A stretch of 64,000 nt of DNA, taken from NCBI GenBank assembly GCA_030141605.1, contig JAQGDQ010000383.1:62001-126000 (forward strand), given 5' to 3'. The notes under the pieces are model-generated. The model ran no database searches, was not told the DNA's origin, and saw only the letters and a program-made list of their open reading frames with translations. A program made the translations under genes and the position numbers. Position 1 is the first letter of the stretch. Each line of letters starts with the position of its first letter. Positions 13,401-26,408 of the stretch are shown here, piece by piece. The DNA is from Tubiluchus corallicola. Lineage: Eukaryota > Animalia > Priapulida.

Positions 13401-16365
13401 CTTTACGAGATCGACTGCTGTAAACTGAAAACAACCTTGTTATTCGCGGCATAATTCAGTGGGCTGTCTAATAATAAATCCGCCAAAAATTTTTTGATTG
13501 ACGTTTTTGTTCTGGCAAATAACCTTTTCTTCGCTTATTCTATCTCATTTTTCACTTTAAGATAATTACGCCTATTCCTTCTGCGGTAATAAACAATTTA
13601 GAAAGATATCATAATTTTCGTCATTTGGTTTAGTCCGTATCTCTTTCGTTCCTTAGTAAGTTGTCTCGACAAGTCTTGCACAGCAATTTAGCACGAAGCC
13701 TATCTGCTAGACTTGTTATGTCTATGGTTTCATTTATTGATTATAATTGCTATGTTACCAATTAAACTTATATTATTACATTTCATGTATTTCTAAATTC
13801 GCGAAAATCTGTAATTCATTGGGGCTTTGCAAATAGTCGCAAGCTAAAATTTTTTGCCATGAGACAAAAGTAAAAATAGTAAAACAAATTGAAACACAAC
13901 TATTAAAACAGGATATAGACATAAGTAAAATTTAACTGTTATACACTTTTCTAAAACAGTGGGGGTTCAACTAAGATTTAAATGAATCTAAAGTTTCTAA
14001 ATCTTTTATATTTTTGGAAAGCCGGTTCGAATGCTTCAGACCAGAAGCAGCAAATTTAATTTAGTTTAAATTATTTGCTCTTATAACAACATTTTAGTGT
14101 TCTGAAACATACAGCGCCCAATTACAAATATTACAATTTACAAGTTCTCTTTTTCTTGTTTTCTAATAAGTCGTTCAAGGAGCTGCAAAGAAAATGCCTT
14201 ATTTTTAGTGTTGTGTAAGCATTGTATGTTGTGTAGCATTGTACGTTGTGTAGCATTGTGTAGCGGTTGAATTAGGCAAAGTCTGTAACTTTTACGCATC
14301 AGGCGTGTCATTTTAAGTCTTTCACACGTGCACACGCATCAAATTTCATTTCTCACGTATTCAACAACTTCACACGCAAGTTTGCAAATCACCTGGCTTG
14401 ACTGGCTTCCTTTGCCACTAGTACCAATCACAACATAATTAGTAGTACCACTCTCAAAAATACAGTAACATTCATGAGTCTCACGATGTATATTACACTA
14501 AAGGCTATTACAATTGTTGAAGATTAAGCACTTTCGGGTGTCATTGAGCTTTTTTCATGTGTACCAAAGAACATATTTATACATAAACCATGGTGAACTC
14601 CAATAACTGCACAAAAAAGCTCACTGGTACCCAAATATTAGCCTAATTTTGTATTTTTGCCTCAATTTATTGCTAACTTGATCCTGATACTCAAAAACAG
14701 CAAAAAATTCTGGGGTGTAATTTGACCACCTCCCCCCCCCCCGCCCGATCCCTGCCAGGGGAACGAGCATTGGGCTTTCTGTTATCACATTCATTTTTAC
14801 TTTAAATGGTCAGTAGCTCGTATGATGTACAATGTACCAAAATAACGGCTTGATTCAAGCCGATATTCAAGCTGATATTTTGGTACATTGTACAGCAAAC
14901 ATAAATGGTTAAAAACAGAAGATTGGACTAGAATTTTGACAGCAGATAACGGAAGAAACTTGCGTGTACGCCGTAAAGTATATAATTGATAATGACCCTC
15001 TAACGAATGTTGCAGATGCTAACATTCGTGCATCGCACATAAAAGGAACGTCATCGTCTAACCTTCACATTGCACTATGTATGCGCTGTTGTCACATTCT
15101 ATAATACGTCACTGCCACTCACAGGACAATATTTATTGCTCATTTATACATTTGTATTTATATTTCATATTTATGTTTGTTTATTTATTATATGCGTTCA
15201 ATATAAAAACATAAGACAAGTTTGAAATACAGTGACACTACAAAACACAAACAATCATCGATAAAACAATTATTATAAGATAATTCCTGTTAGCCATTAT
15301 TTTTAGTCACTTAAATGAAGAGTTTAATGATTACTATTTAAAATAGTTTGTCCACTCATCTGACCTCAACACATAAGACTGACATAAATATATCATTTAA
15401 AAAGCAATTTTTGCTTGATGTAAGAGTAATTTTAACATACTGTGTGAAAACTGCGTTCAAGTAACATAGTAAACGGAACATGGATTTGAGCCACACTCTT
15501 GGTTGAAATGTAATTTCACTCTCGTCAAATTTCACATTGCAGTTCAGTCAATGCCCATCTAAAGTGCTTGATATTAAATTACAAAATATATTAATAGGAA
15601 ACTGTTGTCACCTGGCTTTCCACCGAGCGATATCATGAAGATTATTCTGAGCAAAGGACAAGAAAATGAAGAAGAAGAAGAAGAAGAGAAGGAAGAAGAA
15701 AAAGATTTAAGGTCAGTATGACAGATGAACGCACTTACTTAGACATCCATTGCGGTCACTGGAATACAACAAAATTATCAAATAAAAAGCACCATTGGTA
15801 ATGCCTGTGCTCATCATCGGGTTGTTAAATCCGCTTCAAAAATTCTGGGAATTAAACAGCAACCTGTGGTACATTTGCACGAAACGAGGATCGCAAAGAA
15901 AGCTCAAATTGCCATTAATGACGAATGTTATCCATGCAGGTAATAAATTTTTTATATCCTCACTTCAGGTCGTAGCTACTATTTAATTAGCTCTAAAACC
16001 ACGAGGATTTTATATTCTTTCTGTCCTGTTCGGTAAATTTGCAATATTCTCTGTATCACTATATATAGTTTATTAGCACTAATGTGACAACTGATTGAAT
16101 TTATTTGTGTTAATTTTCTTTTGTTGTAGCATGTGAAACCACTCAAATTTCATTATAATTATGTATTGTCATATAATGACAATTGCTTACTTACTTACTT
16201 ATTTATGTACTTACTTACTTACTTACTTATTTACTTCCTTCCTTCCTTCCTTGTTTGCTTGCTTGCTTGCTGGCTTGCTTACTTACTTACCTATCTACTT
16301 ACCTACCTACCTACCTACCTACCTACCTACCTACCTACCTACCTACCTACCTACCTACCTTCCTT

Positions 16366-16451
<86 letters not shown>

Positions 16452-18615
16452 CACTCACGCACTCACACACTCACTCACTCACTCACTCACTCACTCACTT
16501 ATTGTAGGTAACTTACACAGAACAAGCTGAGCTCTGCAACTTTGTTTATTAGTGTGGCTGATGACATAGTTTTCAAGCCCATTGTGTGGGCCAAAATTTG
16601 TCATCGCGCTTATAGTGTGGTAAAATGTCTTTTTTGATCATGTCTTAATTTAGCGACACCTCTCTGGCTCGTTTTTATTGTAGACCTTCAAAACTCTCCT
16701 CATGCTCGGGCAGCACACAATATTATGACAATGTTGTCACGATTCTCGTCAGGACCTTCGCAAAAATATGTTCCGAAAACATTGTCATAATGTTGGTATA
16801 ATGTAGGATATTTTTGTCCAATATTGGTACAACATTGAACCAATACTGTCGTCCAATATTGGAAACAATTGGTTTACACATATTGATAAAAAGTGTTGTT
16901 ACAATGTTGTAGCGGCAAGTCCATATTTCCATATGATATACATATTTGCAAAATTATTGCGACAACATTGTTAGAACATTGTCGAGCTGCCTGGGTAGAC
17001 AAGTAGACAGTCAGCTAATTTTAGACTATTGTCACAGAAAACAGTTCTGCCTTGTTCTTGAAAAGTAGCCCGCGTTCTTGTTCTTAATAACGGTAAAGTG
17101 ACAATTCGTGTTAGCAAAAACAGTAGTGGGTTTTACGTAAGACCGTCTCGTCTTTCTAGGTACAAAATCGTAGTTCCAGAGGGAGTTAAGCATTTTGCCA
17201 ACCACCGTATGAGTCTTGCAACGATTTTAAAATACAGTCCAAATGCTCTACAAAGAATTCGCAACTGTATCAAAGGAAAACCTGCATACATTGTGCCTGG
17301 AAAAGTGGGACGGGATGATCTAGAAGTGTCTGCACTGCTGAACGTCCCACTCCTGGCAACAGAGCCGAGAACGGCTGCTTTGTACGGAACAAAATCTGGA
17401 GTAAAGCGTATATTTGCGGCAGCGGATGTCGATATGCCGTTTGGTGAGTCGGATATTTACTCGGAAAACGAACTTTATGATCGCCTAACCGATCTGATAG
17501 TGAACCACTTGCAGATTAGAAAATGGCTACTTAAGTTAAATGAGGAAATGGATGGACGTGGAACTCTGCTATGTGACGTGGCAGGCGGATTGGGCGGTTT
17601 TTATGAATGGGCGGTGCATGAACAGGTGCGCTATGGGGAACTATGGAAGCATCAATGGGCGCAGCAACCTGTCTTTCGTGTACTTCGAGAAAATATACCA
17701 AAAATGCTTAGAAACAATTCTCATATGGTTGAGTCTGTCCTGTGCCCGTCGTGGGATGATTTCTTAGACGGGTTCCTGTTAAATGGGGGAATTATTGAGG
17801 CATATCCGCCAAGCGACAGTGTCACAAACCTGGTTGTGGACGTGCTGATTGAACCAACTGGGAATATCAACATCCTGCTTGCTGGAGACCAGATTCATGC
17901 GGAGCACCCCCTTCAGTGCTGGGGTCTCTCAATTCCACAATGCTCAGTAGAACCTGAGACTTTAAACCGAGCCTGTATCGGAATAGCAAAAGCTTGCAAA
18001 GAGCGTCACATTATAGGTTACATGTCCCTAGACTTTTGTACTTTCATCGATCCTTTGTCAGATAAGCAGATACTTTGGGCTATTGATTTAGATATTGGTT
18101 ACAGCGAACATCTTGCTAATTTTCAACTTTTGCGCAAGATAAGTGGTGCTACACTGAACATGGAAGCAAATAGTTTACAGGTGGATGTACAGTCGTCGTC
18201 ACAACCAGTTCGGCTAGTTCGACGTCCTGGAAGATCTCAGGATCTTAGTACTCTTGAAACCAAGTCTGTGGAAAAGGTAGCAGTTATTAGTTCTCGACTT
18301 CACCATACCAACTTGGCCATGATCCATTACAGCGTCTTCTTCCACATTTGCCGCAACTATGGAATGGAGTATAATTCAAAGGATAAAGAAGGGACGCTGC
18401 TGACACTTCTTGACAATGCTAGGAGAGAAACCATTGGAATGATGACGTTGTCTTCTACTCTTGCTTCTGCTCTGGCCATGTTTGCTCAGACTTTAAGGTC
18501 CATGCACTCGGAGATCTCCACAACGGATTTTCCTCTGGAAACAAATTTTCTGTCAGCCGCTGACGAAGTTGATAAAATCAGAAGCCGAGCTGTAACACCT
18601 CCACTAGATACATAG
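10483..18615 (+). CDS. IQCH: IQ motif-containing protein H; 4 coding exons, about 1061 aa
   Basis: Exons 10483-11958, 12566-12705, 15598-15711 and 17160-18615 join in frame across GT-AG introns. IQ motif AAVKIQATVRAYQVR is present. The motifs IIIHLPSL, QNLQIGRL, YYKKLLS, LYGTKSGVKRIF, GGIIEAYPP and GDQIHAE match vertebrate IQCH as I recall it. AATAAA at 18650-18655. Confidence 0.93.
16186..16501. repeat. Compound tetranucleotide microsatellite (CTTA/CTTC/CTTG/CCTA/CTCA) in IQCH intron 3
   Basis: Direct reading. Confidence 0.97.
16708..16996. mobile_element. Imperfect foldback MITE with internal CAATATTG/ACAATGTT repeats; related partial copy at about 33180-33400
   Basis: Ends GGCAGCAC..ACAATGTTGTC and GACAACATTGT..GCTGCCTGGG are inverted. 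CCAATATTGGAAACA is shared with the 33290 region. Confidence 0.55.
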
Positions 18616-20789
18616 TAAGACTAGTAAGACTAAAAAGCACTTTAGCATGAATAAATGCTGCACCATATTGCTTTTAATTATGCCACTTATTTACGAAACA
18701 ATTTATAAAGTCATAAAAAGATTATTGAGAATTTCGAGTTTGTATTTTTCGCGCAATTATAAAACAAACAATTTCGCGTGCACAAAAGTTCGTGTTTCGT
18801 CTTTCAGTGTATACCGCACTGACTAGTAACCGTTTCAGTGTGAGCAGGCTACTAGTCTGCTCAATATTACACAATATTACAGTCTACTTTTATCGGATAT
18901 TCCCTAAACTAACATTAAATTTTGGATGATCTTTCAAGCATAATCGGATAGGTCAACAAGCCTGTATCCCGCCAACTTGGCATAATACAAATTCAAATTT
19001 TAATTTACATCCATGTCATTGTCATGGCTATTCAGTATTCGTGTCATTGCTTTGTTTGAAAAACAAGACCTTTGCTGCATGTTTTAACTTCAGATTCAAC
19101 AGTAGTTCAAATTTAAATTCTGCCGCGGGATAAACTCAAAAAGAAGCGTGGTAAAATATTTTAAGTTAAATAAATAGATTGCTTTTGTTTTTGTGGTGGT
19201 AGGTTTTTCACGAAAGATTGCGTTTAAATTCATGACCAGTGAGGCAGATGAATAATTTTATTGCCTATTAGTCGATGTCTGCAAAGCTTATGTGATATAA
19301 TCGAGAATAGACTATTTAATCTAGTTATTTATGGTAGGTAACTCAGAGTCGTCTAACAGCCCCTACATCACTTTCAATTACCACAATAATTTAGTCAATC
19401 ATTCTTGCGTTTCACTGCAAAACTGAGTACATGAATTAAAATTACTGCATTATTGACTTTTTATGCACTTCCAACAATTTATGGAGAAGTAGATGGTATA
19501 AATTGTTTATTTATTCACACAAAAGCCAATTTTGCTTTTAGACTATTCTTGAATTTTTTATCCATTCGCATGACTCTTTAAAAAATCCTTAGAGAGGGTG
19601 TACTTTCTTCTCATCGCCACACACTATGTTATAAACATCATCAATTTAACATCCCAGGTGAAAAAGTTATTAAAGTTATATTGCACTATCGTTGGTTAAA
19701 TGACAAAATATTTCTCGACAAGTTGATACTCCTAACTAGTGTTCAAGTATAGGAGTATGTATAACGTGTATCACGTAAAATGCGCTACCAGAAAGGGTTT
19801 TTAATTCACCATAAACCTCTAAATGGTTTACTGTCTCTTAAACGCTTCGAACGTGACAGCAAAGGGTTTCCTGCAACAGTAAGCCCTTTCGATACAAAAA
19901 AGCCTTTAGAAAATCCTTTATTTTTATTTTATTTTTAGTCCCAATAATACCTAATGATGGCATTCAAATATTGAAATATTGTGTGGATAGAAGCAATTCG
20001 TGCCACACGATTGGTTCATAATTTTTTGGAGAAAGATAAAATCTGAAAAATTTACCGGATTCCAATAAGGTAAAATGGATAAATAAAACTACAGAATTAC
20101 ATATACAACATCAAAGATTAATCGTTAGAGCACGAAAGACTATGCAAACAGATTATCTGCTTTATACAAACTGGTTATGAGCAAAACTTGAATTAAGCTA
20201 TGCACGCCAGGCGGGGCGCAGAGTATAGTTTCTGTACAAATTATCGAAGTGCTTGCGGCTTTCGTAAATTGATGTAAACACCATAATTCATCTATTTTCA
20301 TTATAAAATAGGCATCAGATTTTCTTATAATCAACAATTGTAAATGAAACAATAAAACTGAAACGATAAACGACAATTTGAAATGGAAGTTGAACATTAC
20401 CAAAATTTTACTCCACAAATTTACCTCTTACACTACACATATTCTTATAATGCTCAGAGATACTCTGGACACATTATTCTACATTATATAGTTATATTTT
20501 TTAGTTTTATATAGCAATCCTATGTGTAATATAGCTGAGCCGTAAAATTCCTCAAGACAGGCTCTTATAAATTCTTTAATTTGCATTCAATGAACTGTGA
20601 AAGTTTTACTAACAAAACATTTGTTCAACTGCAAAAAGAATCATTAAATTCAAAATAGCAGTCATCGCGCTGAGCGCTAATCATCTATTATAGACACAAC
20701 CTATCACATTTGTATAAAATATTTCATTTAGTGTAAAATTTAAGACATATTCCACGAAAAAGGACCGTAAACCGATTAACAGCAAACTG

Positions 20790-21170
20790 ACTATCGTACA
20801 TATCGACATTTAGTTTTTTAAATATTAAAACTTATGTAATGTGGTTACGGCACATTATGCAAATATGTTTATTAATGTTAATAAGTTACTCACAAGAAGC
20901 TAAATGTAAAACGTCATATCATCAACATAGAACTACGACTCCAGGGACATTCTAACAAAATTTACAGTGAGATAGTGTATTGCTACGATCGTCCTCAGTG
21001 TAAATATTAAACAGATAAGGTGAAAATATGCCGACTTGTCTAACGCCATTTGACCCATCAGGTATATGCAGTATTTAGCCACCCAATGACACTTATGCAG
21101 TTCTAGTATTTGATGCGATGCCAAATAGGAGATATGAATAATAAGTGGCATGCCGCAACTGGCTGGTTTG
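20790..21170 (-). mobile_element. Decayed LINE reverse transcriptase core
   Basis: Minus strand NGVRQVGIFSPYLFNIYTED, then FYVDDM (YADD box), then FN..KTKC. Confidence 0.75.
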
Positions 21171-22048
21171 CCTAAACAAAATGGGATTATTAACTGCATT
21201 ACAAGTATTCTATGTGTTGAGGAGACAAAAATATTCTGGGACGCGGGTCTGTACGCTTCATAATTACCTCTTTTAACTTATACTAGTATGAAGCACTGTT
21301 AGGCAGGCGAAAACACCAGTGCGTCCAAAGCTTTGTCATAATCAGTGAGTTCAAACATTTTAGATGTTCAACTGGTCATTGAAACTCGTTTTACCCCATT
21401 GGCGAAGTTTGTTTTCTGCTTTTAACAATAAGCTGCTCAGTTGCCAAAGTTAAGCAAAATGCCAGACCCGGTTAATACGATACCCATGGTACAGTTAAAG
21501 GCAGATGGACGAAGTTTCATGCTAGCTGGTCGTTCACAAGCTGAGGGCACAGCTATGTGTTAGAGCCTTCAATTTGATTAAGTTAATACATTACCACGAA
21601 GAAGAAGGAGAGATGTATAACATGGCTAAAACACTCCCGGTTTTGTCACTCACTTTTGTGGATTACCCTAGGTAATCACTAGGTTCTGGTCCCACCTCAA
21701 CTACCAACATTGCAAGTAGATGCTGCCATTGAGTACTGGATGATACCTTTCAGTGTGACGAACTATATGACAGGGCAAATGATAGAGTGTCTGAAATCTA
21801 ATTAACCCTAGAACTTGGCTTTGCAATAAAATAGAAGGCTGCCACCAAATTTTTAGTGCTTATCGCAAATTAATTTATTTGGATTAGATAGACAGACACA
21901 TTTACTGCAAGTTGGTTTCATTATGTTCTTGAATGCGCAACTTAGTTCGATTAGCACCGAGATTTTGCATTGCTCAGTCCCGTACACTGAGCTGAGTATT
22001 ACTATTATGCAACGTAGGTAATTAAATAACAATTTTAATTAGAATGGT

Positions 22049-22052
22049 AATT

Positions 22053-22083
<31 letters not shown>

Positions 22084-22087
22084 TTAC

Positions 22088-22157
<70 letters not shown>

Positions 22158-22230
22158 GTTATTGTTGTAATAGTTGTATATTGTTATAGAATTGTAATTA
22201 CTATTATTATTATTATTATTATTATTGTTA

Positions 22231-22313
<83 letters not shown>

Positions 22314-22320
22314 GCTATTA
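22049..22320. repeat. (ATT)n microsatellite
   Basis: Direct reading; explains the poly-Ile ORF. Confidence 0.97.
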
Positions 22321-23599
22321 TTCTTTTATTAATACCTAGTTTAATATCAACTTTAAACAATGTTTAGGTTTGAAAGGTCAAACATTAGACCGAATTAGCT
22401 ATTTCACGTCAATAAAGAAAGTCATAAGTAAATTTTACGAAGCAACTACCAATGAATTGTTGCAAACACATAATACAATGAGCTGCCTATATGAAATATG
22501 AAAGTCCTGCTTTGACTTACTTGCATTGTAGTTAACGTATATGCTTGCAACGTCAGTAGCTATTACAATAAGATCTTTATCAAAATATTTTCATGAAATA
22601 TTTTAACATAAACTTGGACTATCTACATCTGAGATCTTTGTTAGCCTATATACATTTATTTACACTCAGTCATCCTAAATACGTGTAGCTGTTCGCTGTT
22701 CGCGTACTATTGTTTCGTATTGCACTTTGTTTCGTATTGCGCAATGCAAGTGAAACTTTAGATGCCACTGAAATTTCCCAAAAAATCCATCAAGAAAAAG
22801 GATTACCACTGTTACAGCATTTAACACGTATTTGTTGATCCAATGTATGCATTTCCTTTTTTCTAAAGTATGTGGTCATGCGTGCTAGTCTTAAGATAAA
22901 CTGTCTAAGGAAGTGTATTAGGTGGCAGACGAGAGTCTCCCTCTTACGGTAGCTATCTGTACTAAAACCCGAATTTAGAACTTCTAATTCAAAGACCCAT
23001 TAAATAAGTTTTACGAAGACATATTACCCCGAATGATTTTATAATTATATTGAACAGGTACAAGAAAAAGCATTTGTCTAGTTAAGGCGGGTAGTAATCG
23101 TAGATCTGCCATTGTGACGTTTGAAAAACCTACAGACCGGAACAACAAACGTCCTGGTTCAAGTGTGTAGATAATACTCTGTACTATTACCTGAAGTGTG
23201 AACTTTGGATGTGGTATACGTACATTACGGCTGGTGTCTAACAAGTTGCTGTCAACGGAATAATAACATTGCATATACACTGTGCTATTTGGCAGTTTTG
23301 TCGGATGAATATTGTGGTTGCATAAATCCACTTATATTGACTATGTTCTGACCCCATAAGAACATTTATTGTTGAGTGGTGTCACTAAAGTCATGCCAAA
23401 GTTATTGTTGTTTGCTGTCGTTGTAGTTTATGTCTTACGCACAGGTATGACCTTTATGTTACTCTCTTGTGATACTTATTTAAAAAGTACTATGTCCAGG
23501 CCTATCTATTACTATATGTACAACAGTGTACAAAACGTGCTCTGCCTGCAGTCATACTTCAAAGACATTAATATAGGAGACCTCTATATAGTGCATAAA

Positions 23600-23730
23600 T
23601 GTTTGTCTAGCGTATTTTTAAAATCGCCAGTCATTTGCAGTCTTAGAACTTCTTCCGGTAGGGAGTTCCAAAAGCTATTTGAAAAACTGTGCTTGTATCG
23701 CTCAGGGTTGGCTGTGTGCTTGTAAAGTTT
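23600..23730 (-). mobile_element. CR1-type LINE ORF2 3' end
   Basis: Minus strand KLYKH...YKHSFSN.FWNSLPEEVL.....FKNTLDKH. Confidence 0.75.
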
Positions 23731-24671
23731 AATGTTTCATTGTAACTTTGCAGTTAACTTCTTTCTTGCCAATGATTGAACTAATGTTTTATTTATAAAA
23801 AAACAATATTTAGTTTAAAATAAGAACTACTTGTTCTTTTTATTTAAATGTTATGTCACAAGTTCATAGCATTAATTATACTAAACTTTAATTATAATTA
23901 GTTGTTTTTCAGTACGTATTGGTATCTGATGGAGAAAAAATAATGTTCAATTAAATTTAACTACTTTATACAATTTAGTTCGTTCCTTTCCAGCCAGTTA
24001 TTTAAAAGAATTTATGTTAATTCACGTATCTACTGCAAGCAAATAACTCTTCGTATTTTGTTACGTCTGTTTTTAGTTTTGGTGGGTGTTACAGTTCACA
24101 CAGAATTTACCAACAAATAAAGTCGCCATCTTGAATTTTAACATGGCTGGTAACAATGAAGTCTATTTTTTATTATTTTGCAGTTAAAAATATTTCACTG
24201 CTGTCACAGAGATAAACAGCGTATAATTAATAGTCATGTCGCCATCATCACAAAGCAAATATTTTCAGTAGGCAAGGGTGCAACGATCGTGATTGCGAAA
24301 TTTGCGATTTCTATACACGTTTTTATGATCACTTAAACACGATGAACGAAGAATGAAAAATGCAAAGTGTTCGAAGTCCTCAGTTGTTTATCTGGAAAAA
24401 ACAGAAACAACTGCCACAGATGTTTTAGAGTCCGAAAACGGATAGACTTTTAAAGTGTGACACACAAGTACATTGTTTAAAACGCTTGAAAATAAAATTG
24501 GGTATACGCAATCCCGTGATCCATCAATTGAGGCTACCGTGGCCCGAGACTGAAGTTAAGCAACTTAGGCTGCTCAGCGAATTGATGGGTGACACCCAGA
24601 TTCAATACTTACTCTGGAGATTTTATTTCTATACTAATTCTGTTTGGTTTCCATGTTAAAAAAGGATGTGT

Positions 24672-24862
24672 TCACAGGTAAAAATGGCACAGGAAAAATG
24701 GCACGGTAAAAATGGCGCCGGGAAAAATTGTACGAATGGAAAAGTAGGTAAAAATGGGTTAGCAAAAATGGCATGGTAAAAATGACACAAATGGAAAAGT
24801 AGGTAAAATGGCACAGGAAAAATGGCAAACTTAGTAAAATATGAGTTTAGGGTTAGGGTTAC
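24672..24862. repeat. Short tandem array (GGTAAAAATGGCAC-like units) abutting TTAGGG repeats
   Basis: About ten AAAATGG-containing units followed by TTTAGGGTTAGGGTTA. Confidence 0.7.
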
Positions 24863-25901
24863 TGAGGGTGATAATTATTTTAGTCAGCTTTACCTCTGAC
24901 AAGGAAGCTATGCTTCAACACAGTTTGTTTATTTCGTTGATTGTTTTTTGTCTAAACTACCTAACAGATTTCTGCGAAACTTTATGGAGAAGGGGTAGGG
25001 TGGCAAAATGAGCTTTTTTCACCCTTCCTTTTTGGCAAAACTTGATCGAACACCACATACAAAGATCATTCGTGACAGTTACAAAAGAAAATATTTTTCT
25101 GACAAAATTAAAAAAACAAGGTTGACCCTTTAAACATTGTGTCATTTGAAATGATTCTGATTTCTGATAGTCATTAATTAAAGTACTACAGATATTTATT
25201 AAAGCCGACAGGTAATTAAATTTTGGTTCACCGGCTATATAAGGGATGAACTTTAAACTGCATTAATCGCTGCGGAATTCCTAGTGGTCTAAGGCGTTTG
25301 TCTTGTAAGCAGAACAACCCTAGTTTAAATCCAGGCTGTATTCCAAATTTCCGTATTTCCTGTCGTTCAAGTTTGGTACCAACATTTAATTAATTGTGAG
25401 CTTGTAGCAGGCAACATAACAAAATATAGCGTAACATAACTATGTCATAAAATGTTATAGCACCATTAAGTAATGTTGACAATAATATTATAATGAATAA
25501 TTTGTCAGCGCTATCTTTATCCTGTTCCTGATTTCACACAACTATATTAAGAAGCTGTGACATAACAGGATTTCCTGCGTCTGAGCTTGGGCGACAGTTC
25601 CTCATTATTAATAAACAAGGATGTCTAGAGTTCCCACAATTGCTGAAAATTAGATTGGGATTTACAGGAATTGTCAGAAACAGGAACTATCGAACTGCTA
25701 GTGATTCAATTATTATGAATTGAGGTTAAGCGCAAGCCTATTCCTTTATAAGCTGTAAATCCACTTTGTTGCTATAAATAATTTCAAAGAAAAATAATAA
25801 TAAGAAAATAATAAGATTTCGGAGAGTGTTATAACTGGAAAATCATTGTTCTTTAACAGAATTAACATAGAATTTAGAAGAAAGAAGCCTTTGAAAATTT
25901 G

Positions 25902-25973
25902 TGTCAACTGGGCTTCGAACTCAGATCCTTGTGGTTTCGGGCGGCACACTCTAGCTATTTGAGCTACCAACCT
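25902..25973 (-). mobile_element. tRNA-derived SINE head or tRNA pseudogene
   Basis: A box TAGCTCAAATAG and B box GAGTTCGAAGCC at tRNA spacing, without an intact cloverleaf. Similar heads at about 12200, 25270 and 39105. Confidence 0.55.
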
Positions 25974-26408
25974 GCATGACTAAAGGAGGTCTGAACACTG
26001 ATTATCATACTACTGATACTACTCAGCATGCATTCATTCAGACCCACTTATCCACAATAGAGGGAAACTAATTAGTTAATGGATTATCATTGGGCCCTTA
26101 GCAGGGATAGCACACAGCACTTAGTGCCCAAATACTCAACAATTAAATTTAGAAAGAGGAAGAATCTGAAAAATTATGAGTCGACCAGTTATGATGTCTA
26201 CTACTGAAAAAGTAGAAACTGGTTAACTGCGCTAGATAGACGATGCAAAATTATTGTTATCGCCTGTGTTACATTAATTAAAATTGATGTCGCATTTGTG
26301 GAAGCCATTATATCTGTGAGCAAAATACTGTTATTGTAATTTAAAAAACTGTTTGCATTGATAGCTCATATTTTCAACATGCACTTCTTAATTTAAATGT
26401 ATTTTCAG

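Noticed and set aside
16133-16530. LTYL/PTYL repeat ORFs
   Set aside because: Tetranucleotide microsatellite inside an IQCH intron.
22044-22367. Poly-Ile ORF
   Set aside because: (ATT)n repeat.
24672-24862. Repeat array as CRISPR or true telomere
   Set aside because: No unique spacers or cas genes, eukaryotic context, and only 2-3 TTAGGG units internal to the contig.
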